This document shows, in pieces, positions 22,483 to 34,747 of a stretch of 64,000 bases of DNA. Location of the stretch: positions 60,450,001 to 60,514,000 of the forward strand of contig OZ024744.1 in the NCBI GenBank assembly GCA_964016885.1, given 5' to 3'. This DNA is from Eledone cirrhosa (lineage: Eukaryota). Positions within the stretch are counted from its first letter, which is position 1, and each line of letters starts with the position of its first letter. Made by a program: the position numbers and the translations under genes. A model generated the notes under the pieces. The model was given only the letters and a program-made list of their open reading frames with translations. It had not been told where the DNA came from and did not search any database.

Positions 22483-24939
22483 CACACACACAATGTTACG
22501 GTATGAAAACACATTTAATTTGTATGATAACCGTGTTTCTCTTTAAATAAGCTGAATCTATCAGGAAATCTAGCTTTTCTCACCTTAAGTATGAATTTTT
22601 TCCAGAATATTTTTTTTAAATTATATATGTGTACGAAGTACTATGTGTTTCTCAAATGATATGATTCTTTCTCTCTCTTTCTAAATATATATTTAAAATT
22701 TGAATTATATATATATATAAACACCATGGAATTATAATTATTTTATCTATATAGCATTATCCGATGCTACCCATAGTAACAAATATTTACTCTCAAAATT
22801 ACCCATCATATCATGAGTAAAACACTACCATTAAAAAAAATATTTTGAAACCTTTTCTTGAAATAATAAGCGTGCATGTTTACGGACCAAGGGAAGCAAC
22901 TCTCTATAAACCAGCTTTACTCTCTAAAATGCTCTGGTAAGAAAAGTTATGTAAGTGGTAAGAAATTCTCAATAGAGCTGGGCAGCAGAAGATCTTCAAA
23001 GAAGAAACTCCCCTCAACTTCTTACACTCCAAGGAGGCTGGGCCACATCCAGGTCATTACTCCTGGGAGCCCTTCTGCTTACATTTTGTTATTCGGATAT
23101 AGAGACGTGTTGTGCATTCAAACCATATGGAGATTTTGTTCACAAGATCTGAAATTACTCTCCGTTTCCTCTTCTGCTTTCAAACTTATATATAAACGTT
23201 GGTAGTCATGACAGTGATGAAACGTCAACAATGTCACCGGCGCCACTAGCACTGCAACCATGACTCACTTTGCGTTCGTTAAAATACAAACTTAATGTCC
23301 TCAACCAGTATTGAGGTCGTTTTTGTTCTTCCTCTACAAGATCCAGCTGGAACTCCTTTACGCTATATCTGATATTTATTGCCCCTGCCCATACAGCAAG
23401 CTATATGGTAGTTGTTAGACAATAGGATTGACAGTGCAGTTTAAATAAATGATGGTATAGAGTATTAAGCTGCATTTTCATTTGTTCTACAGGTATAACT
23501 TAAGTATACGTAAAGTATTCACAAAAGTGTTAGTGTATTTAAAGGTAATACTGATCTTTGACAAATATTAAAACCCTATTAAAATATTTGACAAGTCATA
23601 CTATGAGGTATGCCTCTGAGATCATGTAGTTCCCAGCACTGTATTTTTACCTATGGACCTAATAATTTATATAAACGGTTTAATGATCCAGTCACTATAT
23701 TGTTTCCCACCCATGATAATCAAAAACAGATCATACATCTGAAGAAGTTTATAGTGCTCCTAGTCCAGGTAGCGCCCCCTTTCAAGTGGCACCCATGGCA
23801 TGTGCCATGCTTGTTATACCCTAGATACGCCTCTGCCTTTAGGGCTTTGGTCCTGTTCTTCCCAGAGATTGAAAGTTGTTTCATGAAATTGTAGGCAGAT
23901 TTGCCTACAAAACCTCTGGTTCCAACTAGTGCCATCGATAATGACAACTACAGAGTTGAACGTATTTAATTTTTGTTATCCAGGATTGATATACAATATA
24001 TACTCTGATTACCAGATATATGAACAATCACACAAACTGGGAAATTTACGTTTTGATAAATTGGTTTGCATAAGAGAAAACCCTATACTTTATGTTGGTT
24101 ACTGGCACATGGAAATGATTAAAGATAATAATATTCTAATTTATTTCTAGGATATTTTTACCTAAACGTTAAGTATACATGTTCAGATGAAATACATGAT
24201 TAAATAATTGTATGAGTAACTTTAGAGACATAACTATTTGCAGGAATACATGTAGGGTTAGAGCCCAGGACCTTGTGATTGGAAAGTGAACTTCTTATTG
24301 TAGCATCATGACTGATATAGGAAATGTATTCTGTGTATGTGTCTGCATGTAGATGTAATTTTATTTTAATTACGAACGAAGATATATATATAAACTAGCT
24401 GAGGTATCCGGCCTCGTCCAAGTAAACAGATGATGAGGGAAGACCGGTAGAAGAGAAAATGACTGTATCGGGTGCGTTGTCTGGTTTGTAGTATGGGGCG
24501 AGACAGGTGTGTGTGTGTGCGCGCGCACGTGTGTGATATAAAGAAAATTTCCAGATTCACCAGATTCTTCGTTTTACCATTTGTGCATAGTATATGAAGA
24601 TTTCAAACAATTAATAATTATAATCACACAAGTTGTTGTGTGAAAGGGCAATTTTAAGGCCGGATTTAATGGAGGTGAGGTAAAGGGGGTAATTGTCACT
24701 GATATCTCTGGTCTCAGACTTGGACAACCTATCTAATACATGTCAGTGTAGAAAGTGAGCGTAAAATGAGGATGGTTAGATTTTTAAAATCTAATTCCAG
24801 TATGTATAACTTTTTAATTCCAATTAATGGTACCAAGCCATCTTTGATATGTAAGATTGGGGGGGAGGAGGTTGCTGTGTATGAGAGACCCCAAACCTAA
24901 AGTGTTCCCCGGCTCTGGCAAATCTTGCTCCAAAATTGA

Positions 24940-25310
24940 GCTAATGAATAAGATTCCAACAGTAATTAAGAAGTATGATGAAAATCAAGCTGTCCACTAC
25001 CCAATAGAGTTCCTTCATTCTCTCCACATAAACTTTTCCTGAAGGTTGGTATCCCAATAATACTTTTAAGAAATTTAGATCCTCCTAAATTATGCAATGA
25101 GACAAGATTGATTCAAATCAAACCAACAGACATGCCATTTAAATTCAAACGAACACAAGGCCTATCAATAAAGTTCAAGGTCAGACTTTGAAATCTACTG
25201 ACTTGCACTTAATTGAGCTTTGCTTATCTCATGGTCAACTTTATGTTGGTTACTCCAGGTTTACAAGACTTATTTGTCTATGCTCCAAACCAGAAAATAA
25301 AGAATGTTGT
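24940..25310 (+). pseudogene. Helitron Pif1-like helicase relic
   Basis: YPIEFLHSL, LKVGIPIILLRNLDPPKLCN, SINKVQGQTL, SHGQLYVGYSR. Confidence 0.85.
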
Positions 25311-25750
25311 TGTAGTAAGCAAAGGCACTACGTATCACAGCGGAACAACTGGGTTACGCTTGGTCAGTCGCCAGGCCGGTAAGTTGGTGGCGTAGAAATA
25401 CCGAACAATGACTTCCGCCCAGCTAGAAAATCCGTGCCTCTTGTTTTACTTCTAAAACAGTTCCAGCTTCATTCTCGCACAAACAGGACGTTACTAAAAT
25501 CCATTCCCTGGAGCGACTGGCAAGATAAAATATTTACCAAGGGACTTTGGCCCTCTCGGCAAGGGCCCAGCAACCTCTTACCTAGATATATATCACAATA
25601 GCGCCTAGCATCCTAGTATAATATTTTACGGGAAAAAAAAATCCTTTGTTATATTTCCTCGCTGTGCTTTCCTCTCTGATCCTTCCACATGGACTACCAA
25701 CATTAAACGCAGCCTTATAACATAATCTTCTTTAAGGATCCTTAAAGAAT

Positions 25751-26035
25751 ATGTACCGCTCGTCTTTACCACCTGCTACAGTGACAGCAGCTACTCCCAA
25801 CAACAATTCAACAATGTTTCAGGTCATCCTTGAGTTAACCAAGGAAGTTAAAGGATGGTGTGCGCTAGAGCATTCTCGCCCGAATGGACGACGATCGTCC
25901 ATTCATCCCTCCTCACTAGCACGACGTTCTTTTTCTTCTGTCTCTTCATCTATTTGCTGGTACCATGAGCGTTTCGTGGAAAAAGCTCATAGATGCATTA
26001 AACACTGTTCTTATGTCAATCCGGGAAACGCAAGC
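25751..26035 (+). pseudogene. Second CsRn1-like gag C-terminal fragment
   Basis: ICWYHERFVEKAHRCIKHC then PGNA (G_GGA_AAC at 26023-26029). Confidence 0.75.
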
Positions 26036-26239
26036 ACACATGGTCTCTTTCAGATCCTATCTACACCAATATGAAATACAGTGAACAACCAAAAATATTA
26101 TTCTAAAGAACCATTCTGCTAAACTTTGATTTTGTAGCGGAACAGTTTTCATGGCGTGTAACAATAATTTATTCATGCTTGATTTTGTTAACCTTTGATC
26201 AACCATGAGTTGCGCATGAATATACAACTTCTGCCCTGC

Positions 26240-26760
26240 TAGAAGATTTGCATATTAGCAGACTGGCTGATCAGTCAGATCTGCATATTAGCAAATCCAC
26301 TTATCAGCCAGATTTACATATCAGCAGACAGGCCAGTCAGTTTCATGTATACGAACGATTAATGGTCGGCTTTGCCATATTCAAATTTTTTTTTTAATTA
26401 TCGCTCTACATGGCTGAATACAATAAATGTAATCTAAGTTTTTAGAATATTAATAATAATATTCGATTCGTTTGCAATTATGCAAACAGCCTCTATTTTA
26501 AAGCCATCTTCTTTTTTAATATGGCAAAACCAGCCATTAATTGTTCGTATACAGGAAACTGACTGGTCTGCCTGCTGAAATGCAAATCTGGCTGATCAGT
26601 GGATCTGCCAATATGCAGATCTGACTGATCAGCCAGTCTGCTAATATGCAAATCAGGCCGATCAGTCACAGTATATTTTAGAAAATATCATATATTCTAC
26701 TGACATGGCTTTGAAAAAGAGGCTGTTTGCATATTTGCAAACGAATCGAATATCTAAACT
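26240..26760. repeat. Fold-back element (~137-bp inverted arms), same family as 50721-51380
   Basis: 26244-26380 vs 26518-26654 inverted; shares CAGACTGGCTGATCAGTC.GATCTGCATATTAGC and GGCTGAATACAATAAATGTAATC. Confidence 0.85.
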
Positions 26761-26843
26761 ATAATAAAGTAAGGAGTGCGGGACAGCGGTTTGTTTCTTT
26801 TAATCCAGTTAGTAAAATAAGTTGGATTACTTTGAATAAATAA

Positions 26844-26921
26844 TTGTTTCTACTTTTGGCACAAGGCCAACAATTACTTTATTTTATCGACCCAGTAAGG
26901 ATGTAAGGTAAAGTTAACCTC
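26844..26921 (-). mobile_element. SINE 3' fragment
   Basis: TGTTTCTACTTTTGGCACAAGGCC..TTTTATCGACCC. Confidence 0.8.
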
Positions 26922-27230
26922 TACTAAATTTCGTAGCTGTTGATTAAATATATTTTATTGCTTATTTAAAGATTCAGTTCTTTAAAATTTTCAAATGTCA
27001 ACACTTCCGGTTAGCGATCGCTTAAATAAACATTCATATATTTCTGTCACTAATTTCCTCCTCATGCAGTTTATATATAATATCGTCTTTTTTAATGTAT
27101 CATGGATTACGGAAGAAAATATGTAAATTTACCATTTGTTAAGAAATATCAGTAAATCAGAGAGTGTAACGCAGTCTTCGCTCAATTTCTGTGTACATTG
27201 TCAATTACGATTTTATTTGATGTATCATAG

Positions 27231-27654
27231 CATCATCATTTTACGTCCGCTTTTCCCTGCTTGCAAGGGTTGGAAGGGTCCTATTCAGCTCAGCATCTCT
27301 CCACTTGTCACGGTCCTTCGTCATCTCCTCCTTGAGTTTCAGCGATCTGAGGTCTGCTCTCACTACCTCCACCCATGTTTTTCATGGTCTACCTCTACAG
27401 CGTATTCCTTCTACTGGGATTTATTGGCACTTCTTTACCCAGCGGTCATCCTCCATGCGCAGCACATGTCCATACCATCTCAGTCTTCTCTCCTGCACAC
27501 CACATCTTATCCCTCTTATACCCAATTTCTTTCTCAACTCGTCTATGCTTGGTCGTTCACGCACATCCAACGGAGTATGCTTGCTTCATTTCTCTCCAGC
27601 CGTCGCATATCTTCTGTAGTTGCTGCCCATGTCTCACTACCATGCAGCATCACG
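27231..27654 (-). mobile_element. RTE LINE 3' fragment (short-3'UTR family)
   Basis: Minus-strand LHGSETWA..ERNEASMLRWM; (CAT)n tail. Confidence 0.88.
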
Positions 27655-27862
27655 CATATCTACATACATATATACTTACGTATAATATCAATATACACAC
27701 TACACATGCTAGCAGAAAACCACCCGAGGGGTGGTTTTTCTGCTAGTTATTATCAATATTCGAAAAACTCAGATTACAGATATAGATATAGATAATTATA
27801 TATGCTAGCATGTGTAGTGTGTATATTGATATTATACGCAAGTATATATGCATGTAGATATG
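27655..27862. repeat. Fold-back with 60-bp inverted arms and inner hairpin
   Basis: 27655-27714 vs 27803-27862; inner CTAGCAGAAAACCACC/GGTGGTTTTTCTGCTAG; carries AATATTCGAAAAACTCAGATTACA of the 50.7-kb family. Confidence 0.8.
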
Positions 27863-27939
27863 ATACATCAAATATAATCGTAATTGGAGGCTACAAAGAT
27901 GGAGGCTGCAAAGCTCTCAGCATCGTAGCTGATATTCAC

Positions 27940-29500
27940 AACCTCCCGGCGTAAGCAGTTGAAGGCATTCCTCATGTCAAGCTTGACAATGAGGTGTCTG
28001 GAGCCCCTGGATGCTGGTTCCGGGGGGCAGCTATTGAAGTACTGCCTGGTTGCATGTGCGGCCCCCTCACAGCCACCGGACACGGCAACACCCAGTTGCA
28101 TCGGACTGAACTCCTCACCCAGTTCTGGTGTTATGGACCTGCAGACCACCTTGGCAGCCAGCCTCCGGAAGACATTGCCAACAGCGATGGGGCGTATGCC
28201 ACCCTCTTTATTCCTGAGAGCGGTGAGGCTAGCCGAAAAAAAGACGCCTCAGGCGTAAGGGTCCAGGGTGCCATGGATGAGCCTATTGGTGAGCGCCACA
28301 ATTGCACTCAGAAGGCGGCGCCCGGCCTCAGCGGAGAGGGGGAATAGCAACTCTTTGTGGTGGCCTGGTCGGAGACCATCAGCACCTCTGCTGCTGCTAG
28401 CTGGGAAGGACTTGATGGCGGACATAATGTCTGTGTCGGAAGCCACAAGCAGCAAGTGGAGGTCGGATGGGGGTATGGATCTGAGATCAGCGGGTGGCTC
28501 AGGGTCCTTGAGTCGCAGGGCAGCCAGGACCTCCTCGGTGGATTGGAGTCAGTGTCCTCTGAGGCAACCACTCTGACTGCGGCCGAGACATCACCCATGA
28601 TTAATTTAGCATTTACGCGGTCACGCAAACGCTTGGCGCTGGCCTCAAGGGTAGAGGATTGGGGGTACCCGAGGGTGGGGAGTGTGGTGTCCCTAGGCAC
28701 GCTTGGAATGGGCGCTTGCCGAAGGACGAAATATTGACCTTGACGAAGGCTGCTGTCAACCAGCCGCCTCGATCAGCGCCAGAGCTGGGAAGGCCGAGGG
28801 CGAGTGGGGTGAAATAAAAGAGTCGTTCCCAGACGCTGGCTCGATTGGAGTCCAGGGCGCTCTCAATCGAGGAAGCGAGGGCATTGGCTACCAACACCCG
28901 GGCCGCTCTCGGGATCCTGAGTGGGATCTTCCGGAGCCGCCTGAACCGAGCGATGCTGACCAGCGAGGCTTGGACGTCAGGAAAGCTCGCTGTCTCATCT
29001 GGTGGTGTGCCAGACGGCCGTGGCTGGACAGATGAGAGGAAGAGGCAGTTTCTGCATCTCCACGCTGCGAGGGCACTGGAGGCTCGACGTGTCAAGCCAA
29101 CACAGGTGAGGTGGTGGAAGCAGCCGCACCCCAAACAGTTCCGGCCCCTCTTCCGTCTGTTAGTGGTGCTGCAAGTGCTGCAGGTGTCGGCTTGGGGGGA
29201 TGGTGGGGACTGGGGCACCGAGCGGCATCAGGGGTGAGTGTTTGGCGTGTGTGGGTGGAAGGGAAAGTGCTGGGCCTCATAGCTCCCCTACATCAGATAT
29301 AGAGGCGTCAGAAGACAAGAGAGAAAAGAAGGGGGTGCATGGAGGGGACACACAAGAAGATAGAATGTTAGCAAATGAATGAGTGAATGGATGAATGTAC
29401 AGAGAAAAAAAGTGGGGGTGGGGGTGAGAAAACAGAGAGTTGTTCCCAGCGGAAAGACCCAGAGTTCAGCACGCACACATGCGAGCATGTTAGCAGTTTC
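27940..29500 (-). mobile_element. CRE-like (RLE-type) non-LTR retrotransposon, 5' half: N-terminal PHD finger and start of RT
   Basis: GADGLRPGH, GGIRPIAVGNVFRRL, QLGVAVSGGCEGAAHA, KLDMRNAFN; C4HC3 at ~29045-29180; frameshifted, GC-rich. Confidence 0.8.
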
Positions 29501-29914
29501 TCATAGGACCTTGTGGCTGGAGGTGAGTCATTCAATCCTGAAAACATGTGTTGTTATTGTCACTGATGCTGGAGTTGGCTTCCGCTTGTTAATGGTAGTG
29601 GTAGTGATTGTTGGTAAGATGTTGATGTATACATAAATGTGTTGTTGTTGTTAATGTCACTGTTGTTGTCGTTGTCTTCCTTTTGTTAATGGTGGTGGTA
29701 GATGAAACTGCTACCAATTCGGGCTGCCAGGTAGTATGCCGAGGCTCGAGTTTTAGGATACCTTCTCCCTTCTCTCACCAGTCTCTGACTGAATGCTAAA
29801 CATTTTCTTTTTTTAAAGAAAGAAAAGGAAAAGATCCGATTGCCAAATCGAACCAAAGGAACTACGTATTATAAAAAACATCGGTCACACTATGTGTGTG
29901 TGTAAATAGGGAGG

Positions 29915-30060
29915 GGGTATCGGTGGTGGTTAGAGAGTTGGATTCATAATCGCGATTCCGTGTTTGGTTCCTGAACCGGGCGATGTGTTATGTCTTTGAG
30001 CAAGACACTTTATTTCATGCTGCTCTTTCTGCCAGAAATTGCGACAGGTAGATAGTATCA
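29915..30060 (+). mobile_element. Old CORE-type tRNA SINE
   Basis: tRNA-like head GGTGGTGGTTAGAGAG..GGTTCCTGAACC followed by TTGAGCAAGACACTT. Confidence 0.55.
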
Positions 30061-30207
30061 GCAATGGAAACATTGTTTCCTTGGTCCGATTTGACGAGTT
30101 CCACTCCACTCCACTCCTCTCGATAAATGAATGAGGTCTGGATCTTGTTGATCAAAAAAATATATATGTAGACAATTGTTGATCAAAAATATATATATGT
30201 AGACAAT

Positions 30208-31292
30208 TGAGACAATTACAAGAGAGGTTCTTAGAGAAGAATAAGCCACTATACTTTGTTGACCTAGAGAAGGCCTTTGATAGGGTACCCCGATCTGTCA
30301 TCTGGTGGTCCCTAAGGAAACTAGGTGTTGAGGAATGGCTTGTGAGGATAGTGCAAACTTTGTACAGAGGTGCTGTAAGTAAAGTAAGGGTAGGAATGGA
30401 GTTTAGTGAGGAATTCCAGATACAAGTAGGAGTACATCAGGGTTCGGTCCTCAGCCCGCTCTTGTTCATTATAGTCCTCGAAGCCATAACAGAGGAGTTT
30501 AAGACTGGCTGTCCATGGGAACTTCTCTATGCTGACGATCTGGTTCTTATAGCAGAATCAGTAGAGGAGCTAGAGAATAAATTCTGGCTATGGAAACAGC
30601 AGTTGGAATCAAGAGGACTGAGAGTGAACCTAGCTAAGACTAAAGTGTTGATGAGTAGAAAAGAGGACAAAACTCTGATTCCGTCAAGGAAATGGCCATG
30701 TTCGATATGCAGAAAAGGAACTGGCATAAATTCTATAAAATGCACACAATGCAGATCCTGGGTACACAAGAGATGTAGCGGGATAGCAGGCAAACTAACA
30801 GGTTGGGAGAAATACGTATGCAGTAGATGTACAGGGAAATTAGACAGTAGAAGTCGCATTGATAGACACATTTTTCAAATGTAGGCGGGTGCTATAGAAG
30901 TGGTAGATTGCTTCCGGTACCTCGGAGATCAGATTAGCATGGGAGGGGGTGTTCCGAGGCATTAGTATCTAGAATAAGGACGGGCTGGAAGAAGTTTAGG
31001 GAGCTGCTTCCTCTGCTGACGAAGAAGGGTTTCTCCCTGCGTATGAAAGGCCGGTTATATGATGCCAGTGTGAGGAGCGCGATGCTGCATGGTAGTGAGA
31101 CATGGGCAGCAACTGCAGAGGATATACGACGGCTGGAGAGAAATGAGGCAAGCATGCTCCGTTGGATGTGCGTGAACGTCCGAGCATGGATAAGTTGAGA
31201 GAGAAACTGTGTCTGAGAGGGATAGAATGTAGTGTGCGAGAGAGGAGACTGAGGTGGTATGGACATGTGATGCGCATGGAGGATGACCGATG
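30208..31292 (+). mobile_element. RTE LINE internal fragment
   Basis: ORF 30207-30884 with DLEKAFDRV, YADD and PHD-like cysteines. Confidence 0.92.
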
Positions 31293-31671
31293 GGTGAATA
31301 GTGAGTGTTTTGAACAAACAAAATTTCAAATTTTCAATGTCCTAGGGACCGCATTAGTCGATTTAGCGATCACTCTCTCTTTTTCTTAGTCTGTCTTTTT
31401 AGATAGATACATAGTTATAACGTCGCGCCTTTATAATATCTGTCTGTATGTCTGGCTGTCTGCATTACGACATGATGACGCTATCTGTGTGTGAGTATAT
31501 ATGTACAGTATATATTGTGTGTGTATAAATATATATAGTTTGTCACGTTTTTCGAAATATTTACTTCTGCGTTCACAGATTGATTTTTTTTGTTTCAGAA
31601 GATCCCGTTAAGGGTGAAAGCAGCGATTATTCGCTTAAACTTTAATCTGTTATTTTAATAAAACACCATGT

Positions 31672-31742
31672 TATTTATTTATTCTGACGACTGAAGACAG
31701 ACACAACATCTGCCTTCAAGAAACTACTAGTAAATGAAATAA
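31672..31742 (+). ncRNA. Type I hammerhead ribozyme motif
   Basis: UUUAUU-CUGACGA-C-UGAAGACAGA/UCUGCCUUCA-A-GAAA-CUACUAG-UA-AAUGAA; GUA triplet. Confidence 0.72.
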
Positions 31743-31820
31743 TTATCTTATGATGTTATTACATAACTAATAAGCTCTGTAGCCTACATAGAGCACTCTT
31801 ACATACATACACACACATAT

Positions 31821-31853
<33 letters not shown>

Positions 31854-32074
31854 ATATATATAATTATATATTCGTGTGCAGATATTTTTGCATACACAAT
31901 AATAAAATATCAACAAACTTATTTATTGCACGAGGCCCGACAGCAGCAAAAACAACAACAAAAAAGAGAAGGAATGCAATTACATGCTTTTGAAAAATAT
32001 TAATGGAAAATTATTTGCCTATTCACCCAAGGCGACTTCACTTTTTATTAGGACTTCTGCATCAATTAGTGAAC

Positions 32075-32836
32075 ATACTGGCGAGACTTGCAGCTGGAGT
32101 AAAGCACCAGCCAGAGAGAGGGTGAACTGGTGGTGGAACAGCACAGCAGATACAGCCATTAAAGCCAAAAGACTGGCATGAAAAGACTGGGAAAATTGGG
32201 GTAACAGAGACCAGTACCAAAGAAAGAAGCTAGGCAATAGGTATACAGAGGCTGAAGAAAATAAATTTGCCAATATCTTGAGATGTGAGGATCAGAGACA
32301 TGAAGTTGTTCCGTATTGCGAGGCAGTGTGTTAATGTGAATCAAGATTGGGGGGGGGGGGGGGGGGGTTAGAAATTACGCTGGTGCACTTAGCACCATTG
32401 ATGCCTAAAAGGAAGAGGCCTGGAAATGTTACTATGAGAGAATGATGAATGTAGAGAATGAATGGGAGGAAGAGAAACAACTTCCAACTTACCCAAAGGA
32501 AGGACCAACTATTGAAGTTGACAGATATAGGGTTCATGACACAATGAAGATGAGGAATGGTAAAGTTGTGAGACCATCAGAGATAGTTGCTGAGATGCTA
32601 AAAGTATCAGGAGAGGTAGGAGTCAAACTAGTAACCCATATAATAAATTAACTAATACATGATGGTGTCATACCCAATGACTGGTGCAGCAGTACAATCA
32701 TAAATTGCTACAAGGGCAAAGGTGATGCTCTAAAAAGGAGCAACTATAGAGGAATAAAACTAATGGATCAAGTTATGAAAGTGACAAAGAGTTATAGCAC
32801 AGTTAATTAGGGAAAGAGTCAAAATAGATGAGATGC
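32075..32836 (+). mobile_element. RTE LINE fragment (linker and RT start)
   Basis: RVNWWWN, IVAEMLK, NYRGIKL, DEMQFGF. Confidence 0.85.
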
Positions 32837-32984
32837 AGTTTGGTTTCATACTTGGGAACTTGCAGGTTAGTTACGGAGGACCTCAATGAGGAATTGTACC
32901 CTTTCCAGCATTCATGGTTTGTATAGCAGGGATAGGAGTACATTATCATCATCGTTAAATGGCTATTTCCGTATCAATGTGTTC

Positions 32985-34745
32985 TGTGTACAAGAGACTA
33001 GATGAAGAGGTATTTTAGCTAGATTCCTCATAGGCAAAAAACGATGCTATAAACTTTTCTGGGTGGGAAATGATGACAGGCTGTGTGGATTAGGGAATTT
33101 GGTAGCAGAAAAGTGAGTAAACAAAATGATTGCTGTGAACAGAGTAAATGACAGAATAATTAAATTTTGACTTGTACTAAATAGAACAACCATGACAATT
33201 ATATCTGCTTACGCTCCTCAATCTGGACTTCCAGACATACTAAAAGACAGGATCTATGAGCCCCTTATGCACACTACTTCCCAAATAAATGACAGTGACC
33301 TCATACTCATTGCAGGTGACTTTAACGGGCATGTTGGGCAACACTGCAAGGGTTTAGATTGGATTCACAGGGGTTACAGGTACGGCACTAGAAAGAAGGA
33401 AGGCTTCAGACTACAGGAATTCTGTGATGCAAATAATCTATTTATCTGTAACACAAACTTCAGAAAATGAGATAGCCACCTAATCATATATATATCAGGT
33501 GACCTTGCTAGCCAAATTAATTTCATTGTTACTAGAAGACGAGACAGAGTGACTGTTAGGAACACAAAGTCCCTCCCCAGTGAAGAATGCACCTCCCAAC
33601 ATAACTTAATAGTTAGCGACCTTATAGTCAGGGCTAGAAGAACCCGACAACAGAAGCCAACCTGGAGGAGACGAGTATGGAAGTTAAAAGACCCATCAAA
33701 CAGTGACAAATTTAGAAGTATGTTGACCAACGCTTTCAACAGCAAAGAAGAACAAATAGAGACATACGATATAGAAGAGTAGTAGGAGTTCCTGAAAGAT
33801 AACCTACTGAAGGCGACAGATGAAATCTGTGGTTGGAGTAGTCTCTAGGGAGAAGAAGAGTGACTTGGTGGTGAAATAGTAAAGTAGATGAGACAGTTAA
33901 CGCCAAAAGACAGGCTTGGAAAGATTAGCGTAATGGGGTAGCAGAGATGTTGACCAGAAGGCTAGGAGAGAGGCTAGGTTACAAGTTCACCTCGCTAGAA
34001 GGGAAGCAGAAAACAAAAAATGTAAGCATGTTTTGCAGCATGAGGATCAAAGGCATGAGGTCTTCAGAATCGCTAGACAGTGTGATGTCAGTGGGGAGAA
34101 GTGTGTCTGGAATGAATTTGGTGAACTTCCCCTCACTGATGCGGAAAAGAAGGTAGCATGGAAGTGCCACTATGAAAGATTACTGAATGCGGAGAATGCA
34201 TGGATGAAGTCTGTCACATGTTGACCCAACAGAGGGACTGGCTGTACAAGTTAATGGTAGTATAGTAAGTAAGGCCATCAAGGATATGAAGTCAGGCATG
34301 GCAGCTGGTCCTTCAGGGATAGTTGCTGAGATGTTGAAAACTTCAGGTATGGTGGGCCACACCATAGTCTCCCGTATTGTAAACCAAGTCATACAAAATG
34401 GTGTCATACCCAATGATTGGTGTAGCAACATCATCATAAACTGTTACAAGGGCAAAGGAGATTCCCTAGATAGAGAAAACTATAGAGGCATTAAGTTGGT
34501 TGACCAGGTTATGAAGGTCACTGAGAGAGTCATAGCACAGCTGATAAGAGAACGTGTTAACATAGATGAGATGTAGTTTGGATTTGCTCCAGTACCACAG
34601 ATGCCCTCTTCCTTGTAAGACAACTGCAGAAGTACCTAGCTAAGAGTAAGCCCCTCTACTTGGCTTTTGTTGACCTGGAGTCCCCCGTTCCATTATCTGG
34701 TGGGCTCTTAGAAAACAAAGAGTTGACAAATGGCTTGTGAAAGAA
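32985..34745 (+). mobile_element. RTE LINE fragment (APE to RT start)
   Basis: SAYAPQSG, AGDFNGHVG, NYRGIKLVDQ. Confidence 0.9.
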
Positions 34746-34747
34746 GC

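Noticed and set aside
22876-23205. 109-aa ORF with faint resemblance to a piggyBac C-terminus
   Set aside because: Cysteine pattern is incomplete; the resemblance is too weak
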